Of a stretch of 64,000 nt of DNA, positions 53,338 to 61,714 are shown piece by piece; the first letter of the stretch is position 1; every line of letters begins with the position of its first letter. The DNA is from Escherichia phage Mangalyan. The position numbers and the translations under genes were made by a program. The notes under the pieces are model-generated. The model worked only from the letters and a program-made list of their open reading frames with translations. It had not been told where the DNA came from and ran no database searches. The stretch lies in the sequence record OR449013; one strand, written 5' to 3'.

Positions 53338-53679
53338 TTACTCGTTTTCTTCCAGTTCTGCAAGCTCTTCTTTCACTTCTTCCAGCTCTGTCTGCAATTC
53401 TTGGTACTCTTCATCGTCCTCAATATCCAGGCTGTCGATGTAGTCGCTAAATCCGCAGCGGTAAGCGATAGGATCTAACTCCTTGAGGATACGCGACGGA
53501 AGAAAAGAAATGTTTCCGATCATAATTTCGCCATAGATCTCGTCTAGCCATTCATCATAGTTTTCGTCGTACTTGTCCTCGTCGATTTCAAAGTTATCGA
53601 TCTTGTTCTCAAGGTCTGCGATCTGTTTTTTCAGCGCGGCGATCTGAATAGCTTTTTCTGCGGCGGTCATAGTAGTCAT
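53338..53679 (-). CDS. hypothetical acidic coiled-coil protein (113 aa)
   Basis: ATG preceded by AAAGGAGAAAACACC. Confidence 0.5.
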   Translation of the reverse strand: MTTMTAAEKAIQIAALKKQIADLENKIDNFEIDEDKYDENYDEWLDEIYGEIMIGNISFLPSRILKELDPIAYRCGFSDYIDSLDIEDDEEYQELQTELEEVKEELAELEENE

Positions 53680-53729
53680 GGTGTTTTCTCCTTTTTGTGT
53701 TTTGGGAAGTTTTCCCGTTTACGTGTTTA

Positions 53730-53757
53730 AGTATACCGATTTGGGTTAGCTTGTCAA
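53730..53757 (-). promoter_or_regulatory. leftward sigma70-like promoter
   Basis: minus-strand TTGACA (53752-53757), 16-bp spacer, TATACT (53730-53735). Confidence 0.55.
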
Positions 53758-53911
53758 TTAAAAATTTAAGAAAAATTTTGCAAAACTGTTGGCGCTACCC
53801 ATCAACATTTGCGCCAGGATGTACCCAATGATGCAAACGATGATGGTTACCTTTGTGTGCTGGCGTGTAGTGCTCATCTTTAAGCCTCCTTTTCCGCTCA
53901 ACTGTGGTTAG

Positions 53912-53957
53912 TTTACTTTATTGATGGCCCTGGAGTCAAGGCCATCTAAAAATAAAC
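53912..53957 (-). promoter_or_regulatory. conserved about 46-bp element (copy 3 of 3)
   Basis: TTTACTTTATTGATGGCCCTGGAGTCAAGGCCATCTAAAAATAAA. Confidence 0.5.
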
Positions 53958-54353
53958 TCAATAAGTTTTTAGTACTTTCCCGTCCAATCTGTCAAGCTGG
54001 ATCTCGATAGCTGCAGAAAACCTATTGTAAACCACATCGCCCAGGGAGTCCAGCCAATCTATGACGTTATATACCTGCTCTTTATTCTTGCAAGTCCGGA
54101 TCCGTTTCATTACGTAAGACGGATCAATATTAGCGCTCTCGTTGTTGTGGTCCTGCGCCTGGCCTGCTGCGCTAATTATAGATTTTACAACCACCTGAAA
54201 GGGCTTTAAGGTGCCTTTTGCGTTCATCTCACGCGCTTTTGCGGCGCGGTTGTTATATGTTACACAACGGCGGCAAATGTTGACCAAATGCATATCAATA
54301 ATTTTTTCATCGTTTGCCAGTTCGTTCATGATGCGGCGTACGTTCTTATTCAT
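53958..54353 (-). CDS. hypothetical protein (131 aa)
   Basis: ATG preceded by AAAGGAAAAAGATC and GC hairpin. Confidence 0.5.
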   Translation of the reverse strand: MNKNVRRIMNELANDEKIIDMHLVNICRRCVTYNNRAAKAREMNAKGTLKPFQVVVKSIISAAGQAQDHNNESANIDPSYVMKRIRTCKNKEQVYNVIDWLDSLGDVVYNRFSAAIEIQLDRLDGKVLKTY

Positions 54354-54435
54354 GATCTTTTTCCTTTGTGCTGGCGGGAAACATTCCCGCCTTTTGTGTC
54401 TAGTTTACTTAAATTTTGCAGCGTGTCAATGATTT

Positions 54436-54834
54436 TTATTCGTGGGCGCATGTTACAATGTGTTTTTTATAGCCCAGGTGGTCAGCAAGTGCCGACAAAA
54501 ACTCTTCTTCGTAGATCCAGCCGTCGGCAGTGATCCCCATAGCATTTAATGCGCTCTCAAGTGCTGCGTTAGCTTTATCGTAACCGTGACCGCTCGCCTT
54601 GCCGCCAGTATAACCGTACTTATTGTTCTTGTTGTCGTGAATCCAAAACACGCAGTAGTGAGTGTTCCCGCTGGCGGCGGCATAATACCGGATCTCAGCT
54701 ACTTCGTGCAAATTATTGTCATCGTCCAGGCCCACCAGATTATAAGCCTTGTAAAATCCACGATCACGGCGGCAGTTCTTGACATCAGAAAAAGAAAAGT
54801 CCGCATTATCAAAATTAAAGGTAGTGGTTTTCAT
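54436..54834 (-). CDS. hypothetical protein (132 aa)
   Basis: ATG preceded by AAGAGGATAAAATC. Confidence 0.5.
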   Translation of the reverse strand: MKTTTFNFDNADFSFSDVKNCRRDRGFYKAYNLVGLDDDNNLHEVAEIRYYAAASGNTHYCVFWIHDNKNNKYGYTGGKASGHGYDKANAALESALNAMGITADGWIYEEEFLSALADHLGYKKHIVTCAHE

Positions 54835-54898
54835 GATTTTATCCTCTTAGTGTCTTTTGTGCTTTTAGTGTATTTGGTGTCTGACTATATGTCAATAC

Positions 54899-55096
54899 TT
54901 ATTTTTTATTAAACCAGTGGTTGATCTGGCCTTTTGTCAGGGCGCAACGATTAAGCTGTTGCCGGGTATAGCTCTGACCGCGACGGAATTTATAAAGGCC
55001 TTGCCCGTTGTTGATGGTTACGTCCACCTGGCAAACCATTTGATCGGTGACGGCCTGGCGAGTGTTGCGACGTACTTTAATTCCGTAGGCGTTCAT
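54899..55096 (-). CDS. hypothetical basic protein (65 aa)
   Basis: ATG preceded by AGAGAGGATAAAAAATC. Confidence 0.45.
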   Translation of the reverse strand: MNAYGIKVRRNTRQAVTDQMVCQVDVTINNGQGLYKFRRGQSYTRQQLNRCALTKGQINHWFNKK

Positions 55097-55465
55097 GATT
55101 TTTTATCCTCTCTGTTAATTAGTGTGGTGTTGTTCACCTTGCGAGGATAAGAATAACAGAACTATCCGAGCTGTCAACCATTAGTTAGAATTATTTTTTG
55201 GGCAGAATTCTCCAGCCGCCGCCCCTGCCAGGTTAACCATCATTTTTTCGTACTCTTCTTTATGTTCCAACGCTCCCGCCATAGCCTTTTCAACCAGGGC
55301 GATAACTTCAGCGGCATTGATCGCTACATTTTCCAGGGGATTATATTACTTTTCATTTTTGTACCTCTTCTGTAGCTGCTTACTTTATAGCGTGGACCTG
55401 CCAGGCTGGCCCCGCCAGGTTGCAACGGTTAGCGCATCAGGTTAGAATTTTTTTTTTGAAAAGTG

Positions 55466-55494
55466 TTGACAGCGGCCCCGCCAGGTGGCACAAT
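55466..55494 (+). promoter_or_regulatory. candidate rightward promoter driving tandem structured units
   Basis: TTGACA 55466-55471, 17-bp spacer, CACAAT; GC-rich spacer GGCCCCGCCAGGTGG. Confidence 0.4.
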
Positions 55495-55510
55495 ATACCT
55501 ATCGAAAGGA

Positions 55511-55735
55511 CGGCAGGCACCGGTGACGGGGGAGACAACCACCGGGGATGGGCGCTGCATAAAATGAGAACGGTTATCATTATCATTTAAAAATTTATGC
55601 AAAAAGTCCTTGCTTTCTTTGTCCTGTGTGATACTATAATAACAAGCCGGGGCAACAGGGGCCGGGAGACAATCACCGGGGGTGCCCGTTATTCTGCAAA
55701 CGAGAATGATTATCATTCAAAATTCTAAATGAGAA
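55511..55735 (+). ncRNA. two tandem about 85-nt related units (candidate small structured RNAs or regulatory elements)
   Basis: unit A about 55511-55600 and unit B about 55649-55735 share GGGAGACAAYCACCGGGG and GAGAAYGRTTATCATT; second unit preceded by TATAAT 55635-55640; no ORF with RBS. Confidence 0.3.
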
Positions 55736-55899
55736 CTCCTCGCATTTAATAAATTTAATTAGCATGCTAATTACCCTCCGTAACAATTTCCTATAAAACA
55801 GTATCCCATAAAATATTCCCATATAGAAATTTTAAAAATCCATTTCTGAAAACGAAAAATCGATTTCGTCCCCAAAAATTTCAGGTCGAGATCCGGAAC

Positions 55900-56025
55900 G
55901 ATTTCCAGAAAATCCGATTTAGAAAACGAAAAACAGATCGAGTACTGAGAAATTTATCGAGAAAAATTTTCAGAAAATCCAAGCCATGAAATGAAAAGTA
56001 GATCGAGTACTGGAAAAATTGTACC
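55900..56025. repeat. tandem about 65-bp AT-rich direct repeat (two units) within a larger repeat-rich spacer
   Basis: AGATCGAGTACTG at about 55935 and 56000; CAGAAAATCC at about 55908 and 55971; GAAAACGAAAAA at about 55849 and 55922. Confidence 0.7.
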
Positions 56026-56319
56026 GCAACCCACTGATAGTGATGGGTTTTCCGTCATAAATCACTAAGAGTGAGTGGAGAAAGGTATGGTGGAGAGGTG
56101 TGTATGTGTGGGAAATATGGAACGGTGATCTCGAGTATGGTGCAAACGGCTAGATAGATTGGCACAATTTTCCGCGCTTGTGTTGAAAAAATCCATTTTA
56201 GTTTTCGATCCATTTTCTGATTTTCTAAGAATTTTAAAATATCTATGTGTTCAAAATATCAGGAGAAAATACATTTTAGAAATTCCCCTGATTTCTGGCA
56301 ACTTGGCAATTTAAAAATA

Positions 56320-56652
56320 TCAGGTGCCCAGTTTGTTCTTTCCTTTATATAAACGCAAGGGTATAGTTTTTGTAACAGTCCACCTTCCCACACCTTCCCA
56401 GTTCCAGTTGTAGGCATGGTACCCGGTTACGCATGCACTGCTAGAGTGGTCATAGGCATAAGAGAACGCTATACGCACCAAATGGAACCAGTCTTTCCAC
56501 GGTTGTGGTCCGTAAGCTTTTCTCCAACACCGACACAAACTAAATGTCTCAAGAATAGGCAGGATAACAAATCCATACACCGCCACCAGAATAGCCAGCG
56601 CAATGATTGTCAGGAATACATACCCTGCAGTTGAAACGATGATCTCTGTCAT
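56320..56652 (-). CDS. membrane protein (110 aa)
   Basis: N-terminal YVFLTIIALAILVAVYGFVILPIL. Confidence 0.5.
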   Translation of the reverse strand: MTEIIVSTAGYVFLTIIALAILVAVYGFVILPILETFSLCRCWRKAYGPQPWKDWFHLVRIAFSYAYDHSSSACVTGYHAYNWNWEGVGRWTVTKTIPLRLYKGKNKLGT

Positions 56653-56852
56653 TTGTCGTCCCCTTTCTTACGGATATAGATGTGAGAGCCTGCCTGTATA
56701 TAAATTTCTCGACCATCTTCTGCAAAGATATGAAATACACGATCACCTTCATACTCGATACGTGATATCTTCATAATGGTCTTTCCACCTGGGATGCGGA
56801 TCTCGTCCCCCACAGCGATGTTCCATGCAGATTTAAGCTTAAACATCTGCAC
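56649..56852 (-). CDS. hypothetical protein (67 aa)
   Basis: ORF overlapping neighbours by 4 nt. Confidence 0.5.
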   Translation of the reverse strand: MQMFKLKSAWNIAVGDEIRIPGGKTIMKISRIEYEGDRVFHIFAEDGREIYIQAGSHIYIRKKGDDK

Positions 56853-57084
56853 CCTCCTTTGGGAACTTAAACTCTGGCATAGCCATATACGCTACAACAG
56901 GGTTGTGATCAAAGTAGAACTGACCGTTAATTATCCCGGTTTTACTCACATAGTTACCAGATCCTGCAAGAACAACCTCGCAAGCTCCGAAATCTACATT
57001 GCCATCCTCATCAGCCATGGCTACGATATACTTTCCAAGAGGCATGTTTTTAACGCCATCTACAAATGTCCACTCTGTGTTCAT
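56839..57084 (-). CDS. hypothetical protein (81 aa)
   Basis: ORF in packed array. Confidence 0.5.
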   Translation of the reverse strand: MNTEWTFVDGVKNMPLGKYIVAMADEDGNVDFGACEVVLAGSGNYVSKTGIINGQFYFDHNPVVAYMAMPEFKFPKEGADV

Positions 57085-57093
57085 ACTTTACCC

Positions 57094-57426
57094 TTAAGGT
57101 AGCCAGTAAACAATCTCGCCTTTCAGCTTCATGTCGTTTCCAACATAAATTTCCCAGCCATCCATCTTAGCAACTGTAGGCCCAAAGTCATCCGCACCCC
57201 TTACCTCTTTCCAGGTCCCGTAGTCAGGTTGCCAGATATAGAATCCACCCTCTTTATCCCATGCTCCGTACACTACGTTTAACAGGTTTCCCATTGCAAC
57301 AATGGTGGGCCGTGGGAATAATACATCTACAGATGCGCCACAATTTCTGGTATCTTTTAAGTTGCAATCCCAAAAGATGTCTGCCAGTGTGGCGGCGATA
57401 GCTTTACGTCTTTCCAATGTTACCAT
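57094..57426 (-). CDS. hypothetical protein (110 aa)
   Basis: ORF in packed array. Confidence 0.5.
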   Translation of the reverse strand: MVTLERRKAIAATLADIFWDCNLKDTRNCGASVDVLFPRPTIVAMGNLLNVVYGAWDKEGGFYIWQPDYGTWKEVRGADDFGPTVAKMDGWEIYVGNDMKLKGEIVYWLP

Positions 57427-57433
57427 ATCATAC

Positions 57434-57625
57434 TCACTTGTTGTTAATAAGTTCTAAAACTTTCTGTCTTACTTTGTCAAGGTCTGTGGATTCAAAAACT
57501 GTACGGTATCCCCAACTTTGCCCATAGGAGTGACTGCAATCCCCGTAGCACCATTGCTCAATTTGATAGTATTCAAGGAACGGGTGCTGTCTAACTATGA
57601 TACCATCTCGGTTAAAAATTACCAT
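57434..57625 (-). CDS. hypothetical protein (63 aa)
   Basis: ORF in packed array. Confidence 0.45.
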   Translation of the reverse strand: MVIFNRDGIIVRQHPFLEYYQIEQWCYGDCSHSYGQSWGYRTVFESTDLDKVRQKVLELINNK

Positions 57626-57688
57626 AATACATCGCTCTCTGTTAGTTTATGCGTATATTATACACTGCAGTTTTCAGATGTCAACCTC

Positions 57689-57940
57689 TTACAGATTGCT
57701 CCAGTACAATCGGCATTTACATTTTGGGCAATGAGGTTCTTTTATATAATAACCATCAGTCTTTGGAACACTTTTTGGTGCAGTTTTAAGATTGTACCTG
57801 GTAAAACATCGGAAGCAGGTTACCTCTCCCACCTGTTGATCGTTGATCCACTCACCAGAGTAAAGTTCTTTCTTGTTTCTCATAATTCTCTCCCAAATCA
57901 TCTGCAATCTTATACCAAAATCTCCAGCCAGAAAGCACAC
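57689..57940 (-). CDS. hypothetical zinc-ribbon protein (83 aa)
   Basis: CFRCF ... CPKCKC cysteine pairs; start uncertain. Confidence 0.4.
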   Translation of the reverse strand: MCFLAGDFGIRLQMIWERIMRNKKELYSGEWINDQQVGEVTCFRCFTRYNLKTAPKSVPKTDGYYIKEPHCPKCKCRLYWSNL

Positions 57941-58115
57941 GGGAACACTTTGAGGATTGAATCTTTACTTGGCTCGGAAGTTCTTTTTCCGTATGATAGG
58001 TAGAAATACCCTCCTGCAGATTCGAATATAGCTCCTTCGGTTGTATCTACCACAGCAAGAATTAAGATTTTAGTCTCCACAGTGCTCTCCTCTCTTAGTT
58101 GTTGTGGAAACTATA

Positions 58116-58631
58116 TCACCTCAGAAGATGGTCGTCAACACTTTTGTACTCTACTACAACCACATCAATATCTGTGGTTGCAAGATTAATTACATCTTCT
58201 ACATGTTCCCACTTTAGACCTCCAATACCGCATCCGATTTTAGGAATGTAGAACGGCAATGACATACCTTTGAATACCTCGTTGACTCGCTCAAAACCTT
58301 TCATGATTGAGAAGTATTCAGCATTGGGCCCTGGGTAGAACTGGGTATACAGGTTGATTCCATATACGACCCTGGCCTTGGCAAAATGCTCCCAACAAGA
58401 AAACATACCCAGCTTGTCTAGATTACCATAAGCAGTCTCTTTGTCGGCTGCCAGTGCTTGAGGGAACTCACGGGCAATATCTTTCGCTATACCTGCACCC
58501 ATTGTGTGAAAGCAGTTACAACCGTGGATCATGTGGCCTGACCCTTTCTTGAAAATGGAGATTAGATCTCCCTTTACAGTATCAATAATCACGGTATTCC
58601 AGCTCCTCTTCTGCAATTTCCAAAAACTCAT
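58116..58631 (-). CDS. macro-domain protein (ADP-ribose binding / processing)
   Basis: GDLISIF ... IHGCNCFHTMGAGIAKDI and IPKIGCGIGGLKWEHV match macro-domain N-x6-GxG-I-A and G-x-G-G loops; start placed at internal ATG 58631 to limit overlap. Confidence 0.65.
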   Translation of the reverse strand: MSFWKLQKRSWNTVIIDTVKGDLISIFKKGSGHMIHGCNCFHTMGAGIAKDIAREFPQALAADKETAYGNLDKLGMFSCWEHFAKARVVYGINLYTQFYPGPNAEYFSIMKGFERVNEVFKGMSLPFYIPKIGCGIGGLKWEHVEDVINLATTDIDVVVVEYKSVDDHLLR

Positions 58632-59007
58632 CCCAACCCTGTGGCATATTTGAGTTGCCGAAGTGGCTTTCGTAGTAGAGATTTTTACCACTTGGAAGGT
58701 AGAAATCTGTTACCTCATAGAATCCACAATCGTCGCACTCACCTTCTTCAAACTTGGCCTCAACCTTAATACCGAGGAAGGTGAAAAGTTTATGGATATC
58801 TTCAGTTTCGAACTCCCAGTGAATGTTGTTTTCCGCATCGGTGTAGAACTGGATCAGCAGACCATTGTCCAGTTTACCAAAATACTCTGTGAAGTAACTT
58901 CCTTCCCAGAAATCTTTATGACAAATAATATCCATGCGTTTGCCCATAATAATGGTGTGAGCGTTTTGGGCATCGTCACGAATCAGTTTTGGCATTTCAT
59001 AGGTCAT
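58582..59007 (-). CDS. hypothetical acidic protein (141 aa)
   Basis: ORF; ATG preceded by GGAGAAC. Confidence 0.5.
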   Translation of the reverse strand: MTYEMPKLIRDDAQNAHTIIMGKRMDIICHKDFWEGSYFTEYFGKLDNGLLIQFYTDAENNIHWEFETEDIHKLFTFLGIKVEAKFEEGECDDCGFYEVTDFYLPSGKNLYYESHFGNSNMPQGWDEFLEIAEEELEYRDY

Positions 59008-59075
59008 CTTAGTTCTCCGGGTTCAACAGGTGGTGGCGCTATAGGAAGATCATAAAACATGGCTATCACATCCTC

Positions 59076-59273
59076 TTACACAGGAATTGCTTCAAATAGA
59101 CCGTTATCTATACCGTCCTTCAGATAGAGATTATATTCTATGTCGGTATCTGTATAAAGGGCAGCATCCAGCATTCTATCTGTGAGTCCATCCATCGGGT
59201 GGAGAAACCACCACCCACGCCAGTCAAAGTAACAGCCTGGTGCATCTTCTCTTACACGGATTCGATAAATCAT
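59076..59273 (-). CDS. hypothetical protein (65 aa)
   Basis: ATG preceded by AGGAGG. Confidence 0.5.
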   Translation of the reverse strand: MIYRIRVREDAPGCYFDWRGWWFLHPMDGLTDRMLDAALYTDTDIEYNLYLKDGIDNGLFEAIPV

Positions 59274-59368
59274 GGGCAGTGGCCTCCTGTTAGTTATACA
59301 TCCCAGTTTTCTTCGTTCATCACGTCCTCCCGTCTATGAAGTTATAATTGCACACCTTTCAACCTGTG

Positions 59369-59785
59369 TCAACAGAAAACTTCAACAAACTCTTCCACAG
59401 TTTTAATGTCGTGGGAAAAAGGTTTACGGCTATAACGGGCAATAGCACTATCAACCACCGCTCGGTACTCAAGATCTTCAGAGTATTTCATGAAGCATTG
59501 CAGTGTTTCTGGACAGATAGCTAGATAGCTCCACCACCCTTCATCAGATTGATAGTCAAAGCCCATGCTCTCCAACCATGAAGCATATACGCCTGCACCT
59601 TCCAGCCAGTGAGTATTTTCATCCAGAAACTTGTTAACAGACATGTGAGCTTCTAAGCACTTGTCCAGCTCTTTTCCGTTAACCAGCCACGCACTAACTG
59701 TGGCGCATCCAAGGTCTACAGATTGAGTTGACAGGTTGTATTGGTCATAGTTCTCAGGTTTAACAATGATATCTTCTAATGTCAT
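59369..59785 (-). CDS. hypothetical protein (138 aa)
   Basis: ATG preceded by AAGGAGATC. Confidence 0.5.
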   Translation of the reverse strand: MTLEDIIVKPENYDQYNLSTQSVDLGCATVSAWLVNGKELDKCLEAHMSVNKFLDENTHWLEGAGVYASWLESMGFDYQSDEGWWSYLAICPETLQCFMKYSEDLEYRAVVDSAIARYSRKPFSHDIKTVEEFVEVFC

Positions 59786-59847
59786 TTTTCAGATCTCCTT
59801 ATACAAAAATGCCCCACCCTTTCGGGCAGGGCTATGTTAGTTAGGTG

Positions 59848-60471
59848 CTAAAAGTATTCATAGAGGTATCCATCGGGGGCTGGAATTTTTTCATGAATGT
59901 AGTAATCAACACATATTCCGGTTTCTCTTCTACAAGAATTGTGGGATACCCATTCTTTAAGAACGTTTCCATTCATGTCCAGCCTTCTTACATTTTTACA
60001 CCGTCTACCGCTGGTGCTTCTATGCAACAGAATATCCTCCGTCTGCTTGTCTTTATTTTCTCCCCAGGTCGTTAAACGGATATTATCAAAAGAGTACCCT
60101 TTGAAATCATCTATCCTGTCACAAGAAGGCTTTTTCCTTTTGTCGTATCCGCTGGCTACCCACTGATCATACAACTCTTTGTAACCGTTCAGGTATAGCC
60201 ACTCCTTAAACTCTTTTTTGGTGTAAGTCGGAGGAGGGTGGCCTCTTTGCTTGCTGTTGCACTTTTGAGCCTTGTACAGCACGCGTATTACACCTTTTTC
60301 TGAAGAGTCGTGGGAAAACCTGTCAGCCTCCCTGCTGGCCTTCTTGCAACACTCTTTGCACTTATTAAGATGACCGTCAGACATCTTTGGGTGTTTGTAG
60401 AACTCGGAGAGGTTTTTCACCTCTCCGCACTTGATGCACCTCTTACAATGCGTGGATTCTGCTTTTTCCAT
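59848..60471 (-). CDS. HNH-type homing endonuclease-like protein (free-standing)
   Basis: N-terminal zinc ribbon CKRCIKCG ... CKEC and [28 protein letters not shown]-like core; start placed at MEKAE (ATG 60471); overlaps 3' end of upstream gene. Confidence 0.55.
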   Translation of the reverse strand: MEKAESTHCKRCIKCGEVKNLSEFYKHPKMSDGHLNKCKECCKKASREADRFSHDSSEKGVIRVLYKAQKCNSKQRGHPPPTYTKKEFKEWLYLNGYKELYDQWVASGYDKRKKPSCDRIDDFKGYSFDNIRLTTWGENKDKQTEDILLHRSTSGRRCKNVRRLDMNGNVLKEWVSHNSCRRETGICVDYYIHEKIPAPDGYLYEYF

Positions 60472-61714
60472 ATTGCAAACCCACCGGAGCGAAAGGTATG
60501 TCATCACAGAAGTCATACTGTGCTGGATTCTGATCCATCGGGTCATCTTCCTCGTCATTTACAGGAGGAGCGTCTACAGTGTTTTGCTGTGGAGCTGCTT
60601 CCTGTTTGGCAGCTTGAGGTTCTTGATGGTCAGTGGACCCAGCACCGTTCTTGATCCAATCGTACAACGGCTCAGCCAGATTAGTCAAGACATCTTTTGC
60701 TTCTGCAGTAATTGCCGCTGCAAAATCATCAACTTTCGTTTTCTTGTCAATACGGCGACAAGCGTTCAACACCGCATTGCCGACACTGGCACCTACTTCA
60801 TCTTCAGTTCGGTTGGTGGCTTGAGCATACTCTTTCTTAAGCTCGATGGTGACTACGTGCAGTGTTTTAGCCACGCCTAGTGGGTCGTCTACCTTAAACC
60901 CACGATCCAGGATGATCTGCAACGCATTGATGCTATGCCCCGTCTCCACACCAATAGGGTCGTAAGAGGATTTACGCTTGCCACCAGGGCCTTGAGTGCC
61001 GTTCTCTGCCTTAGGTGGGTAGGCTTTGAAACCACTGATAATGTTTCCGGTGTCTTTGTCCACAATGGCTGCAACACGACCGCCTACCACCAGGTCTTTA
61101 AGCTGCTCATCAGTTACAACCATAGCACCTTCGCCAATCTTGTGGTCATTTACAGTAACCACGTTGCCAACAATCTGAGTCACATCACCATAGATGCGTA
61201 AAACGTCCTGATTGGCATTCTGCTGAGGTTTCTGCTTCTGGCCTTGTGATTGTGCACCTTGTTGCTGTTTTTGCTGCTGAGTCGCTGCTGGAGCCTCTCC
61301 TGCGCCCAGCTTAACCATCTTAGCCAGTGAGCCTTTGTAGTAGGTCTTACCGTTATGCTCGTTTGCCTTCAAAGGGATATTTACGATCCATCCTGGCGTT
61401 ACGGTTTCCCACTTGTCATCAATCTTAACAGAGACAGAGTCTTGATGACCCGGTTTAAGCAGTTTATCACCCATGCTGATCCAGACTTCTTCACCACCTT
61501 GAAGCAGGTTATCAGAGGAATCCAGTTCAGAAATCAGTAAAGAGATGGTGTGGCTGGACTCAATTTTCTTACCTTGCCACACAGTGGTTTTAATACCTGT
61601 TGTAGGATCAGCACCTTTGATAGGCTTGATGCTGACGCGTTTAATCATGCCGTGAGCCAGTAAAACAGTTTCACGCGGATTCATCGGGTTAGCGAATTGT
61701 TGAATAACGCTCAT
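60443..61714 (-). CDS. hypothetical protein with Gln-rich linker and SSB-like acidic motif DFCDDIPF (possible ssDNA-binding protein)
   Basis: 423 aa; low-complexity [22 protein letters not shown]; DDIPF (the conserved SSB C-terminal tip) lies 15 codons before the stop. Confidence 0.5.
   Translation of the reverse strand: MSVIQQFANPMNPRETVLLAHGMIKRVSIKPIKGADPTTGIKTTVWQGKKIESSHTISLLISELDSSDNLLQGGEEVWISMGDKLLKPGHQDSVSVKIDDKWETVTPGWIVNIPLKANEHNGKTYYKGSLAKMVKLGAGEAPAATQQQKQQQGAQSQGQKQKPQQNANQDVLRIYGDVTQIVGNVVTVNDHKIGEGAMVVTDEQLKDLVVGGRVAAIVDKDTGNIISGFKAYPPKAENGTQGPGGKRKSSYDPIGVETGHSINALQIILDRGFKVDDPLGVAKTLHVVTIELKKEYAQATNRTEDEVGASVGNAVLNACRRIDKKTKVDDFAAAITAEAKDVLTNLAEPLYDWIKNGAGSTDHQEPQAAKQEAAPQQNTVDAPPVNDEEDDPMDQNPAQYDFCDDIPFAPVGLQYGKSRIHAL

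Noticed and set aside
55429-55716. minus-strand ORF (95 aa)
   Set aside because: Spans the tandem structured units and their promoters; no RBS; GC-rich repeat-derived frame
57907-58079. GTG-initiated small minus-strand ORF between the zinc-ribbon gene and the macro-domain gene
   Set aside because: Overlaps the annotated start of 57689-57940 in another frame; cannot decide between them from sequence alone
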